64,000 nucleotides of DNA from Candidatus Coatesbacteria bacterium. GTDB taxonomy: Bacteria; RBG-13-66-14; B26-G2; JAUVZD01. Below are positions 20,110 through 28,970 of this stretch, in pieces. The stretch is from NCBI GenBank assembly GCA_030602715.1, contig JAUVZD010000001.1, positions 364,557 to 428,556 of the forward strand. The letters run 5' to 3'. How positions within the stretch are numbered: position 1 is the first letter of the stretch; each line of letters opens with the position of its first letter. Both the position numbers and the translations under genes were made by a program. The notes under the pieces were generated by a model. It did not search any database, was not told where the DNA came from, and worked only from the letters and a program-made list of their open reading frames with translations.

Positions 20110-20496
20110 CTACCACTTGGGTTCTTCGGATATCTGATATACCGAACCGCAGTAGGGGCAGTGCACGGTGATAGCCCCGCCTTCAACCGAGATGGATTTC
20201 TTATCTACAGGACCACCGCACTGTTCACACTTCAGCTTCTCCATCTCCAAATCACCGGTAAGTTCAATCTGCTGGGTGATCTCTATCTTCTGTTCCTTTC
20301 GCTTCTGCCACCAAGCGAATCCGATGATTGCTAATCCCACTACGATGAGGGCCACACCCACACCACACCACAATCCCAACTGCCCGCCGGCTTGTGCTTC
20401 CTCACTTGTGGAGGCTATCACAAACAGAACCCCAAAAAGAATCATCAAGATGGCAACGATAATACCGACAATTCTCAGTCCCCGCAAACCGTTCAC
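20110..20496 (-). CDS. Two-TM zinc-ribbon protein
   Basis: Two TMs, then CEQCGGPV...CPYCGSVYQISEEPKW. Its C-terminal domain is paralogous to that of the next gene. Confidence 0.85.
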   Translation of the reverse strand: MNGLRGLRIVGIIVAILMILFGVLFVIASTSEEAQAGGQLGLWCGVGVALIVVGLAIIGFAWWQKRKEQKIEITQQIELTGDLEMEKLKCEQCGGPVDKKSISVEGGAITVHCPYCGSVYQISEEPKW

Positions 20497-20635
20497 CTCC
20501 CCGGTATTTTCTTATAGTATATCTAATTTTGCAATCGGTGGAAAGAAAAATCGTAACCAAAGCACCTGTTACAGACAAACCCACCCTGTATGCGGGTGGG
20601 CAGTCTGCAAGCAATCATCTATTTTCACACAGTTG

Positions 20636-21595
20636 TTATTTTTTGCGATACTTCTCCACAATGATGGAGAGCAAGTCTATTGCGTCGGGCATGGTCAGGT
20701 TCTTGCGCCCAACTTTTACCTTGTTCCCCCGAATCTCAATGACCAGTTGTCGCAACTCCTCCTCAACCTTCTCTACAACAACTTCTTCCGGTCTCTCCTC
20801 AACCGGGGGAGCCTCCTTTGCCGGCGCTTCCTCTGCAACAGGGGGAATACCCTCAATCTTTGGTCCCTCCACCTCTATCGGCGTCGCCTCCTTTGCAGGA
20901 GCCGGTTCCACATGTCGCCCAATACCCACCTCCGCCAGTATCTCCTCCGGTTCGGTTTTTGGTTCCTCAACCTTCGGCTCCACAACCTCTGCCAGCGCTT
21001 TCTCCTCCCAGGCACTCGGTGCCAGCCCCTCCAACCCTAGCTCCTCCAGCGAGGGCAAGCCAAAACCCTCCTCCTCACCCTCGGCTGTAACTGGAACTCC
21101 CTCGGCAGGAACCTCGCCGACAGGCGGTGCAGCGGGTAATTCCTCGGGGAAGACCACAGGAGCCCTCTCCTCAGCGGCAACTCCTGGAGGTGGCGGGGGA
21201 ATCTCAGCCCCAATATCCTCAACCGGAGGCGGTGGAGGAACTTCGCCCACATCCTCCCCCACACCTACTTCCTCAAAGACGGGTATCCCCTCATCCCTAA
21301 TCGGCGGAATTTCCGGCACGACCAACTCCTCCTCCCCTACCGGGGTGGGTTCCACCTCCTCCGGAATATGGTCCACCAGGCTGTCATCCGGGATTGGCAG
21401 CGGAGCGACCTCACTCACCGCAGGCTCCCCCAAAGGAACACCCAAATCCTCAAGAACCGCTTCTCCCTCGCTCTTCTTCTCCTCAGCAAGCCCGAAGTCG
21501 CCGTACCTCAGGCTTTCCCTTAGACGCCTAGCCCTCTCCTCATTACGCCTTTTTATCGCCTCTATGGGGTCCTCTTTATCCAGTTCATCAACCAT
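20636..21595 (-). CDS. Acidic Pro/Glu/Val-rich low-complexity protein
   Basis: Helical-looking N-terminus (DPIEAIKRRNEERARRLRESL), long P/E/V/A-rich middle, compact basic C-terminal domain. RBS ahead of ATG 21595. Confidence 0.75.
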   Translation of the reverse strand: MVDELDKEDPIEAIKRRNEERARRLRESLRYGDFGLAEEKKSEGEAVLEDLGVPLGEPAVSEVAPLPIPDDSLVDHIPEEVEPTPVGEEELVVPEIPPIRDEGIPVFEEVGVGEDVGEVPPPPPVEDIGAEIPPPPPGVAAEERAPVVFPEELPAAPPVGEVPAEGVPVTAEGEEEGFGLPSLEELGLEGLAPSAWEEKALAEVVEPKVEEPKTEPEEILAEVGIGRHVEPAPAKEATPIEVEGPKIEGIPPVAEEAPAKEAPPVEERPEEVVVEKVEEELRQLVIEIRGNKVKVGRKNLTMPDAIDLLSIIVEKYRKK

Positions 21596-21713
21596 AAAAA
21601 CACTTCCCTTGCTGATTATTCCGAAAAGTGCCGAATTGTCAAAAGTCAACCACTTCCCACTATTAACTAATAATAACTTATTTCTTTAAAAATGTCAAGT
21701 GATTTCGGTTATC

Positions 21714-22790
21714 CTATCCCTTTCTGTGTATAAAGTTATATACCAACCCGGAGATGACCACCGCATCGTATATACACATCTCCTGACAGCAGTAGCAGGA
21801 TATACACCTATCCCGGTCTATTCGGGGGGTATCATCTATCGCCTGTAGCGGGCAGGCTTCCACACAACGCATGCACCTGACACACTTTTCTATGTCTATA
21901 CGGGGTCTGGGATGGGTATAGCGAAAGGCAACCGTATTGACCAGCGGAGCGACCAGACGGCGCAGACCGCCAAAAGGCATATTGAAGTCTGGCAGGGGGC
22001 TGGCATCCCCCTCAATCTGCACCCCTCCATACAACCCCCTGGCTCCAGCGTAGCGAATCTGGAAGATATCCGCCTCCCTGCGTCCCATAATCCTGGCTAT
22101 GGCTGAATCTGCGGCTACTGCGCTGTAGGAGGCGATCAGCCGCCCCAGAGGACGCAATTCGCTTGATGAAGGTCCCTCGCCCTCCATAGCGGTCAAACCG
22201 TCAACAATGGTCAGGTCCGGGGGGCGAAACGCAAAGATATCCACCACCAACTCGGAGAATTGTCGGGTTCCTCTGGCTCGAGTATGTAAGCGGGACTTAT
22301 CCCCCCCGGCAATATAACCGTAGGTATTCTTCATCCCTCCGGTCAACTGGGTCAGGCTGTGGGTCTTGAAGCGGGGTAAACTGATAATATAATCCGCCTC
22401 CAGAACAATGCGGGAGAAGCGCACTTTATCTGCATATCTACTCTTTACCCTCTCCTCCACCGCCTGTTGAGCGATGTTGACGAAAAAGCCCTCACTTGCA
22501 GAAGCGATGCCGGAGACCTCGGCGGCTTTCTGGTTGGCTCCATATCCTCCCACCCCGGGATTATCCCCCACCACCACCTTCGCCCCCCGGCGGGCAAGCT
22601 GCCTCACCACCGTTCGCACCAGCGCAGGATGGGTGGTCACCCCTTTCTGGGGAGGAAAGGGACCCAGGATGTTGGGCTTGACCAGGACCAACCTGCCCTC
22701 CCAGGGCAGGGGGAATTCCTCTAAAATTCGCTCAACTTGTGATGGAAAATCGGGAATCTCTGCAGGAAGGATGAGCACCCGTTCGCTCAA
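21714..22790 (-). CDS. DUF362 domain protein with two C-terminal 4Fe-4S motifs
   Basis: VLVKPN, TTHP, GDNPG, FKTH..TGGMKN, DGLTAMEGEGP, CVRCMRCVEACP and CISCYCCQEMC. TTG start 2 nt after the folE2 stop. Confidence 0.9.
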   Translation of the reverse strand: MSERVLILPAEIPDFPSQVERILEEFPLPWEGRLVLVKPNILGPFPPQKGVTTHPALVRTVVRQLARRGAKVVVGDNPGVGGYGANQKAAEVSGIASASEGFFVNIAQQAVEERVKSRYADKVRFSRIVLEADYIISLPRFKTHSLTQLTGGMKNTYGYIAGGDKSRLHTRARGTRQFSELVVDIFAFRPPDLTIVDGLTAMEGEGPSSSELRPLGRLIASYSAVAADSAIARIMGRREADIFQIRYAGARGLYGGVQIEGDASPLPDFNMPFGGLRRLVAPLVNTVAFRYTHPRPRIDIEKCVRCMRCVEACPLQAIDDTPRIDRDRCISCYCCQEMCIYDAVVISGLVYNFIHRKG

Positions 22791-22792
22791 AA

Positions 22793-23587
22793 CTACCCCT
22801 CTTGCTTCTTGGAGGCGCTTCGCTTGTCTTCCTCTATGAAGGCGAAGGCGTCGTGTTTGTGGATTGATTCGTGGGATTGGGAGAGCACGCTGAACCAATC
22901 TATGCGCCGGTCCCGGCGCAGGCAGGTAGCCACCTCACGCACGATGTCCTCCACAAAGCGGGGATTCTCATATGCCCGCTCGGTGACATACTTCTCGTCA
23001 CTGCGCTTGAGGAGGGCGAAGATATCCGAGCTGGCTGAATCCTCCACCACCTTGACAATCTCCTCTATCCACACCAGCTTATTCATACGCACCTGCACGG
23101 TAACATCGTTACGCTGATTGTGGGCTCCATACTTGGATATCTCCTTGGAACAGGGGCAGAGGGTGAGCACCGGCACCTCCACCCTGAGGATGATATCGGT
23201 CTCTCCGCAGTTGCTGGCTATAAAAGCTGCCTTATACTCCAGAAGGCTTCGCTCGGCGGATACTGGAGCCTCCTTCTCAATAAAGTAGGGAAAGACTATC
23301 TCTATGTGGGCACAGTGAGCCTGGAAGCGCTCTCGCATCTGCTGGAGCATATCATCTATGGAACGGACGGTGATCTTTCCCCGATGGTAGTTGAGTGTCT
23401 CTATGAACCGGGACATGTGCGTGCCCCGAAACTGATGGGGTAGGTCAACGGACATAGAGATCTTGGCCACAGTCTCCTGCCAACGGTTGATGCGGTCCAT
23501 CACCGTGATGGGATAGGTTACATTGCGCACCCCCACCTTATCCAGGTGCACGGAGTGATTTGCCGGCTGAGATTGTATATCCCGCAT
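22793..23587 (-). CDS. folE2: GTP cyclohydrolase I, type IB
   Basis: RDIQ, RGTHMSRF, TLCPCSKEIS..GAHNQR, YENPRFVEDIVR, ESIHKHDAFA. Confidence 0.96.
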   Translation of the reverse strand: MRDIQSQPANHSVHLDKVGVRNVTYPITVMDRINRWQETVAKISMSVDLPHQFRGTHMSRFIETLNYHRGKITVRSIDDMLQQMRERFQAHCAHIEIVFPYFIEKEAPVSAERSLLEYKAAFIASNCGETDIILRVEVPVLTLCPCSKEISKYGAHNQRNDVTVQVRMNKLVWIEEIVKVVEDSASSDIFALLKRSDEKYVTERAYENPRFVEDIVREVATCLRRDRRIDWFSVLSQSHESIHKHDAFAFIEEDKRSASKKQEG

Positions 23588-23662
23588 GAGCTTAACTCAA
23601 AGTTTTTCCAAAGCTACCACGAAAGAAAACAAAAGACAAGTCCAATATATGGCAAAGCTTGC

Positions 23663-25060
23663 TCATATCCCCTTCTCCTTCCACCGTCCGGCTCGGAACC
23701 AGAAGAAAATTATTATCCCCTCAACTAACATAGAGGCGGTTATAGCCCACCAGATACCAGAAAGCCCGAAATCTATCCCCGAAAATAAAGCCACTCCTTT
23801 CAAAGAGGTGAAAGCTCTTATGACGAGCCCGGAGCAGATGAAGGCTAGTGGCAGTTTGACAGCCCAGTTGGCGACGATACCGGCAACCATAGGCGGGGTG
23901 TTGTTACCGGCGCCGCGGAAGGCGGCACCATAGACACCGGCAAAGACCCCTAAAATCCAGCCCACAGCCACCGCCCGCAGATAATCCACGCCATATCCAA
24001 TGACCAAACGGTCTGCGCTGAAGATGCGGATGATTAAGAATCCGCAGAAAAAGTAGGCGAAGAACATTATGAAACGCAGACCGCCGGCAAGCATGAGGTT
24101 GGTGTTTGCAGAACGCTCAGCCATCTTCGGCTCCCCCCGCCCCAGAAACTGTCCCACCAGGGTGGAGGTAGCCACCCAGATGCCGCTCAAAAAAGTATAA
24201 GAGAAACTGAGACTGCGCAAACCGACTCCGAAAGCGGCAAGGGCTTGGGTTCCGAAGACGCTGACCATGCGAAACAGTAAAAGACCGGTAATCGGTCGCT
24301 GTATCTGCTGTCCGAAGGCGGGAACGCCTATCTTCAACAAGCGGGGAAGCCAGGAGAGGGAGATCGGCTTCCGCCAACTGCGGGCAAAGGGTCGTATTAT
24401 GCTCCTTTTGCGGGAGATGAACCACAATCCCAACATGGTGGAGCAGAGCATACTAATTACAGTAGCCATCGCCGAGCCGGCGGTCTCCAGGCGGGGGAAG
24501 GGACCGATACCGAAGATGAGAAAGGGATTTATGATGATATTCAGAACATTTCCTACGGCGAAGAATATCAGCGGGGTGCGGGTATCACCGGCGGCGGAGA
24601 GCATCTGGTTGATGATGACAGCGACCATAATAAGAGGATAACCCAGCATCATCACCCGCAGGTAGTCGCTCCCCCTCTGTATTACCTCCTCGCTGGCACC
24701 GAAGAAGGCGATAAACTGCTGGGAGAAGATATATCCCACAACTCCCACAAAAACTGAGCCCACCAAGCCAAACAGCAGGGAGTGAAAGGCAACCTCTCGT
24801 GCCTGTTGGTCCTCCCCCGCTCCGGTGAAGCGGGAGACCAGAGCCAGGGTGCCAGCACCGATGAGCTCGGTGATGATGAACAGTATCCAGACAATAGTCC
24901 CGCACAGTGCCACCGCGGCGATAGCAGGCGAGCCAAGCCTCCCTATCCATATCATATCAACTATGGTCAGGGCGCTTCCCAGCATCTGGCTGAGGGTGGC
25001 GGGCCAGGCAAGCTCCCAGACATTTTGCAGAAGGGATTTCTTTTCCAGGTCTATTGCCAT
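23663..25060 (-). CDS. MATE family efflux transporter
   Basis: LAWPA, VDMIWIGRLG..AIAAV, GDTRTPL, IINPFLIFG, 12-TM hydrophobicity. Confidence 0.93.
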   Translation of the reverse strand: MAIDLEKKSLLQNVWELAWPATLSQMLGSALTIVDMIWIGRLGSPAIAAVALCGTIVWILFIITELIGAGTLALVSRFTGAGEDQQAREVAFHSLLFGLVGSVFVGVVGYIFSQQFIAFFGASEEVIQRGSDYLRVMMLGYPLIMVAVIINQMLSAAGDTRTPLIFFAVGNVLNIIINPFLIFGIGPFPRLETAGSAMATVISMLCSTMLGLWFISRKRSIIRPFARSWRKPISLSWLPRLLKIGVPAFGQQIQRPITGLLLFRMVSVFGTQALAAFGVGLRSLSFSYTFLSGIWVATSTLVGQFLGRGEPKMAERSANTNLMLAGGLRFIMFFAYFFCGFLIIRIFSADRLVIGYGVDYLRAVAVGWILGVFAGVYGAAFRGAGNNTPPMVAGIVANWAVKLPLAFICSGLVIRAFTSLKGVALFSGIDFGLSGIWWAITASMLVEGIIIFFWFRAGRWKEKGI

Positions 25061-25096
25061 GCAAGTTATTGAAAGGTTATGCCTGTCAGCGGATGT

Positions 25097-26089
25097 TCAC
25101 CCGGCAAGCATCTCCAGGAAGGTCTCCAGGCGCAGGATGCTCTTGGCGTCAAGGGGATTGGGGCGGTCCCCCTCCAGGGTGAGGATGGGAAGCTTCAGAT
25201 GTCGGCGCAGGATGATATCCTCCACCTGACGGTAACAGAACCCCTGGACATAATGGATAAGACCGTCCAGTCGCCGCCGCCCCAACTCCAGTTTTATGTC
25301 CTCCAGGCGGGGAAAGATGCCGTAAGGATAGGTATAGTGCCAGTATTGCTCAACCAGATCTTCGCCACCATAAGGCATAGCGAACTGGCGGGGGATCTCC
25401 AGATAGACCACCCGCACCCCCCGGCGTTCCTCAAGCCACTCCAGGAGGTCGTTGAAGATGAAAGGCACCCCGGCTATCCCCAGCCTTATCTCCTTATGCT
25501 CCCTCCTCCCCTCTCCAGCCGGCAATATCTTGGACTCAATAACATCATCCAAGACCCGTCCAAAACCCTCCATATCTCCAGCCATCATATCGCTGGTTGA
25601 TAGAAGCAGTTGGTTGACCTCCGTCGCCTGAAGCCCCCCCGCTTCCATATTCCCCTCATCAACCGCCAGGGCTTTTTCCCTAAACACATCAAGGCGACCC
25701 TTCCACTCCTCGGCGTCGTTCCAGCTCACGCCCAACCGTTCCAGGAAACGCTCCAACTCCCCTCGCAGAGCCCGTCGGTCGCGGTCAAAAGGATAGGCGA
25801 AGGTGATAACCTCCACCCCCTCGTCAGCCAGGGTCTCAATGAGCGCGTGGGTGTTGGAGCAGTCGCCCTGGGTCACCCCCACCATCCGCCGAAAACCCTC
25901 CGTCCGCACCACCGAGTAAATGCCCTTTATCCAGGAGCAAAAAGAGCGGGGATAACCCTCCCGCTCAGCCTCATCTACCAGTTCGCCGGGTTTCCGGTGG
26001 GCTACAAACAAATTATTCAAATCCACCGGCAACAAACCGGCGGCGAAGATGGCTTCAATGGGGACGGTGGTGGTTATACCTATCCGGCG
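25097..26089 (-). CDS. 2-hydroxyacyl-CoA dehydratase family subunit (HgdB/FldB-like)
   Basis: IGITTTVPIEAIFAAG.LPVDLNNLF, CSWIKG, QGDCSNTH, YVQGFCYRQ, LEGD, RLETFLEML. The conserved N-terminus lies upstream of the first canonical start (TTG 26035). Confidence 0.82.
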   Translation of the reverse strand, partial: RRIGITTTVPIEAIFAAGLLPVDLNNLFVAHRKPGELVDEAEREGYPRSFCSWIKGIYSVVRTEGFRRMVGVTQGDCSNTHALIETLADEGVEVITFAYPFDRDRRALRGELERFLERLGVSWNDAEEWKGRLDVFREKALAVDEGNMEAGGLQATEVNQLLLSTSDMMAGDMEGFGRVLDDVIESKILPAGEGRREHKEIRLGIAGVPFIFNDLLEWLEERRGVRVVYLEIPRQFAMPYGGEDLVEQYWHYTYPYGIFPRLEDIKLELGRRRLDGLIHYVQGFCYRQVEDIILRRHLKLPILTLEGDRPNPLDAKSILRLETFLEMLAG

Positions 26090-26105
26090 GTCATTTGCAT
26101 TCCCA

Positions 26106-27197
26106 CTAATAGTTCCTCTCCAGAATGAAGTCGCCCCATATTTCCAACAGTCGTTTATACTCGCTGTCCGGGATACAATTCAGCTCTTGCTTACCCTCTT
26201 CCACCAGAGCGCAAGCCTTATCCTTAGCGGTCTCAACCCCACCCAGCTCCTCAACCAGACCGATGAACTCCTTCATACGGTCCTCGTCGGTGGTATCATC
26301 GCCCAGGGTCCCCCTGATAAACTTACGCTGGGACTTGCTCGCCTGCGACCATGCGTGGAGCACCATAACCGTCCGCTTCCCCTCGTGCACATCACTGCCT
26401 ACCGGCTTTCCCAATATCTCCTCATCCCCCACCAGCCCCAGAATGTCATCAACTATCTGAAAGGCAAGACCACAACAACTGGAATACTGGGAGACCGCCT
26501 TGACCTGTTCGTCTTCTTCGTCCATGCTATCCTTCCCTATCATCGCCCCTGCCATTCCCGCAAAGCGGTAGAGTGCGCCGGTCTTCTTCCACAGCATATC
26601 CAGGACCATCTCCTGGCTGACCGATTCCAGGGGCAGGTGCTCAAACTGCACATCCAACGCCTCCCCTTCAAGAAGCAGGGGCAGGACCACCCCCTCCAAT
26701 TCCATTATGAGTGCCAAAGTCAGTTCGGCGGAGACCCCCCTTTCCAACAACCGTCCAAAAAGGGAGATCGCCCAGCCGTGCTGGATATCGCCGGCAAGTA
26801 TGCCCATAGATGTGCCGTAATGGTTGGCGCTCTCCAAATCACAACCCATCTCCTTAATGGCGGTATCCGAAAAGCGCTTATGGACGGTGAGACCACCCCG
26901 GCGCAGGTCATCCCGGTCTATGATATCGTCGTGCACCAAAGTCCAGGTATGGTATGCCTCCAGACCGGCGGCGGCTGGCAGGGCTTTCATCTCATCTCCG
27001 CCCACCGCACCACAGGAGAACAACAACACCCCCGGACGAAGGGACTTTCCACCCACCTTGAAATAGCTATATACCGCCTCGTTCAGGTGATTGGGGGCGA
27101 ACTTGCGCTGATATTCGGCATCAAAGATCAGCGCCTCCACCTCCTTTGCCCGGCTCTTCAAGGCATCAAGAAAGACCTGGTATCTACTAAGGTCCAT
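26106..27197 (-). CDS. Polyprenyl diphosphate synthase, type I GGPP-synthase-like
   Basis: GGKSLRP, FARM HTWTLVHDDIID...RRG, KTGAL, SARM FQIVDDILG, GKPVGSD..EGK. Follows xseB. Confidence 0.93.
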   Translation of the reverse strand: MDLSRYQVFLDALKSRAKEVEALIFDAEYQRKFAPNHLNEAVYSYFKVGGKSLRPGVLLFSCGAVGGDEMKALPAAAGLEAYHTWTLVHDDIIDRDDLRRGGLTVHKRFSDTAIKEMGCDLESANHYGTSMGILAGDIQHGWAISLFGRLLERGVSAELTLALIMELEGVVLPLLLEGEALDVQFEHLPLESVSQEMVLDMLWKKTGALYRFAGMAGAMIGKDSMDEEDEQVKAVSQYSSCCGLAFQIVDDILGLVGDEEILGKPVGSDVHEGKRTVMVLHAWSQASKSQRKFIRGTLGDDTTDEDRMKEFIGLVEELGGVETAKDKACALVEEGKQELNCIPDSEYKRLLEIWGDFILERNY

Positions 27198-27218
27198 CCG
27201 CCCTTCCTTTGGTTGTGG

Positions 27219-27530
27219 TCAAAACAACGACGCGTCAGGGTCCTCCCCGGAATCATCCTCGGAAACCTCTGCCTCCCCCTCCGCCTCTCCCATACCGAAC
27301 TCGCCGGGTTCGGCGGCAATAGCCTCCATCTGCCCTTCCAGGTCCTTGCGCAGTATCTCAATCCTTCTCTGGGAGTCAGAAAGCTCCTTCCTGCAAAAGC
27401 CCACCAGCTTGACCGACTCCTCATACAACTTCACCGACTCCTTGAGAGTCAGCTTGCCCGCAGATAACTGCTCAATTATCCCCTCCAGACGAGTCATAGC
27501 CTCCTCAAATTCCATCTCAGCCACTCTCAT
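27219..27530 (-). CDS. xseB: Exodeoxyribonuclease VII small subunit
   Basis: FEEAMTRLEGIIEQL..GKLTLKESVKLYEE. Downstream of xseA. Confidence 0.93.
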   Translation of the reverse strand: MRVAEMEFEEAMTRLEGIIEQLSAGKLTLKESVKLYEESVKLVGFCRKELSDSQRRIEILRKDLEGQMEAIAAEPGEFGMGEAEGEAEVSEDDSGEDPDASLF

Positions 27531-28788
27531 CCTCCTCCACTCTTATATCTATCTCCCCATCACTCACCTCAGCCCTAAGAGCCTCCCCTGCCCTAACCTG
27601 TGTGGTGGAGAATACGACCTCCTCGGAAACCCTTCGGCTTATAACGCTGTAACCCCGCTCAAGAACCCCCTGAGGATTGAGTGCGGAAAGCCGACCCTCC
27701 GCCTCCCTCAAATTCCATACATAGCCGTTAAAAAGCTGCTCGCCTGCCCCCAGCAGGTCCCGGCCGGTCCTTATCATCTGCTCGCCTCTTCTCTGACTGC
27801 TGTGGGAATATTGCTCCTCAAATCTCACCTGCAGGCGGTCTATATCCTGGGCGGAGTTATCTAAAAGCTCCTGCACCCGCCTGAGACCCGGATGTCGCAT
27901 CAACCGGGTAAGCTTCTCCCCCGCCTCGGAATATCCCCTGGAGACAAAGTAATCCAGATCGCTCACCGTCCCCGAAAGCCAGTCTCGCAACTCACCGATG
28001 TCCTGGGTTACCAGCTCGCCGGCTGCGGTGGGCGTCGCCGCTCGCTTATCGGCCACAAAATCGCTGATGACGAAATCCACCTCATGACCCACAGCGCTGA
28101 CCACCGGAATTGGCGATTCAAATACCGCCCGGGCTACTGCCTCCTCGTTGAAAGCCCACAAGTCCTCCATTGAACCTCCCCCCCGACCGATGATAATCAC
28201 CTGGGCTCTCCCGTCGGCGCAAAGCATCTCTATACCTTCTACGATGGACTGAGCCGCCCCCTCACCCTGCACTTTGGCGGGAGCAAGTATCACCAGAGCA
28301 GAGGGGTGTCTGCGCCAGATGACCTTGAGCATATCCCTTATCGCCGCCCCGGTCTCGGAGGTCACTATGCCGATGCGCTGGATTAGAAACGGCAGGGCTC
28401 TCTTTCGCTTCTCATCAAACAAGCCCTCATCTCGTAGTCGCTCCTTGAGCTGTTCAAAGGCAAGCGCCAGCTCACCGACCCCCAGGGGCTTGACCTGCTC
28501 GGCTACCAGTTGATACTGTCCCCCCTTGGGATAGACGGAGATGCGTCCCAGGGTGCTCACCGCCAAGCCCTCCTCCAGGCGAAAACGAAGCGAGCCGGCA
28601 TAACGCTTGAAGAGCACCGCCTTCAACACCGCACCCTCATCCTTGAGGGAGAAATAGACATGACCGGAGGAATGATAGGTCAGGTTGGAGACCTCACCCT
28701 CCACCCAAACCGGCTGGGGGAAGGCTTCGTCTATAAGCCCGCTTATCAGGTCGGTAATCTGACTTACTGAATATACCAGAGCTTCCAT
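27517..28788 (-). CDS. xseA: Exodeoxyribonuclease VII large subunit
   Basis: WVEGEVSN, SGHVYFSLKD, TSETGAAIRD, RGGGSMEDLWAFN, SAVGHEVD, AATPTAA. Confidence 0.97.
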   Translation of the reverse strand: MEALVYSVSQITDLISGLIDEAFPQPVWVEGEVSNLTYHSSGHVYFSLKDEGAVLKAVLFKRYAGSLRFRLEEGLAVSTLGRISVYPKGGQYQLVAEQVKPLGVGELALAFEQLKERLRDEGLFDEKRKRALPFLIQRIGIVTSETGAAIRDMLKVIWRRHPSALVILAPAKVQGEGAAQSIVEGIEMLCADGRAQVIIIGRGGGSMEDLWAFNEEAVARAVFESPIPVVSAVGHEVDFVISDFVADKRAATPTAAGELVTQDIGELRDWLSGTVSDLDYFVSRGYSEAGEKLTRLMRHPGLRRVQELLDNSAQDIDRLQVRFEEQYSHSSQRRGEQMIRTGRDLLGAGEQLFNGYVWNLREAEGRLSALNPQGVLERGYSVISRRVSEEVVFSTTQVRAGEALRAEVSDGEIDIRVEEDESG

Positions 28789-28970
28789 CGCCTCGGATGA
28801 ATTTTTCCAAGAATGCCCCAAGGTTAAATTGAGGGGTATGATAGCATAAAGGCATATTAAATGGAAGGGGTAAACAACGCGCCGGGGAAGTCCCGGCGCA
28901 GTATTTACAATTAAAATTACGATTTCAATTACTTTGTGTAATTGAAACCGGGAATCTCCGCTACAATAAT

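Noticed and set aside
20529-21689. 386-aa Ser/Gly-rich plus-strand ORF
   Set aside because: Antisense shadow of the Pro/Glu-rich gene; composition mirrors its codons.
26049-27467. 472-aa plus-strand ORF
   Set aside because: Antisense shadow of the prenyl synthase and xseB; no motifs.
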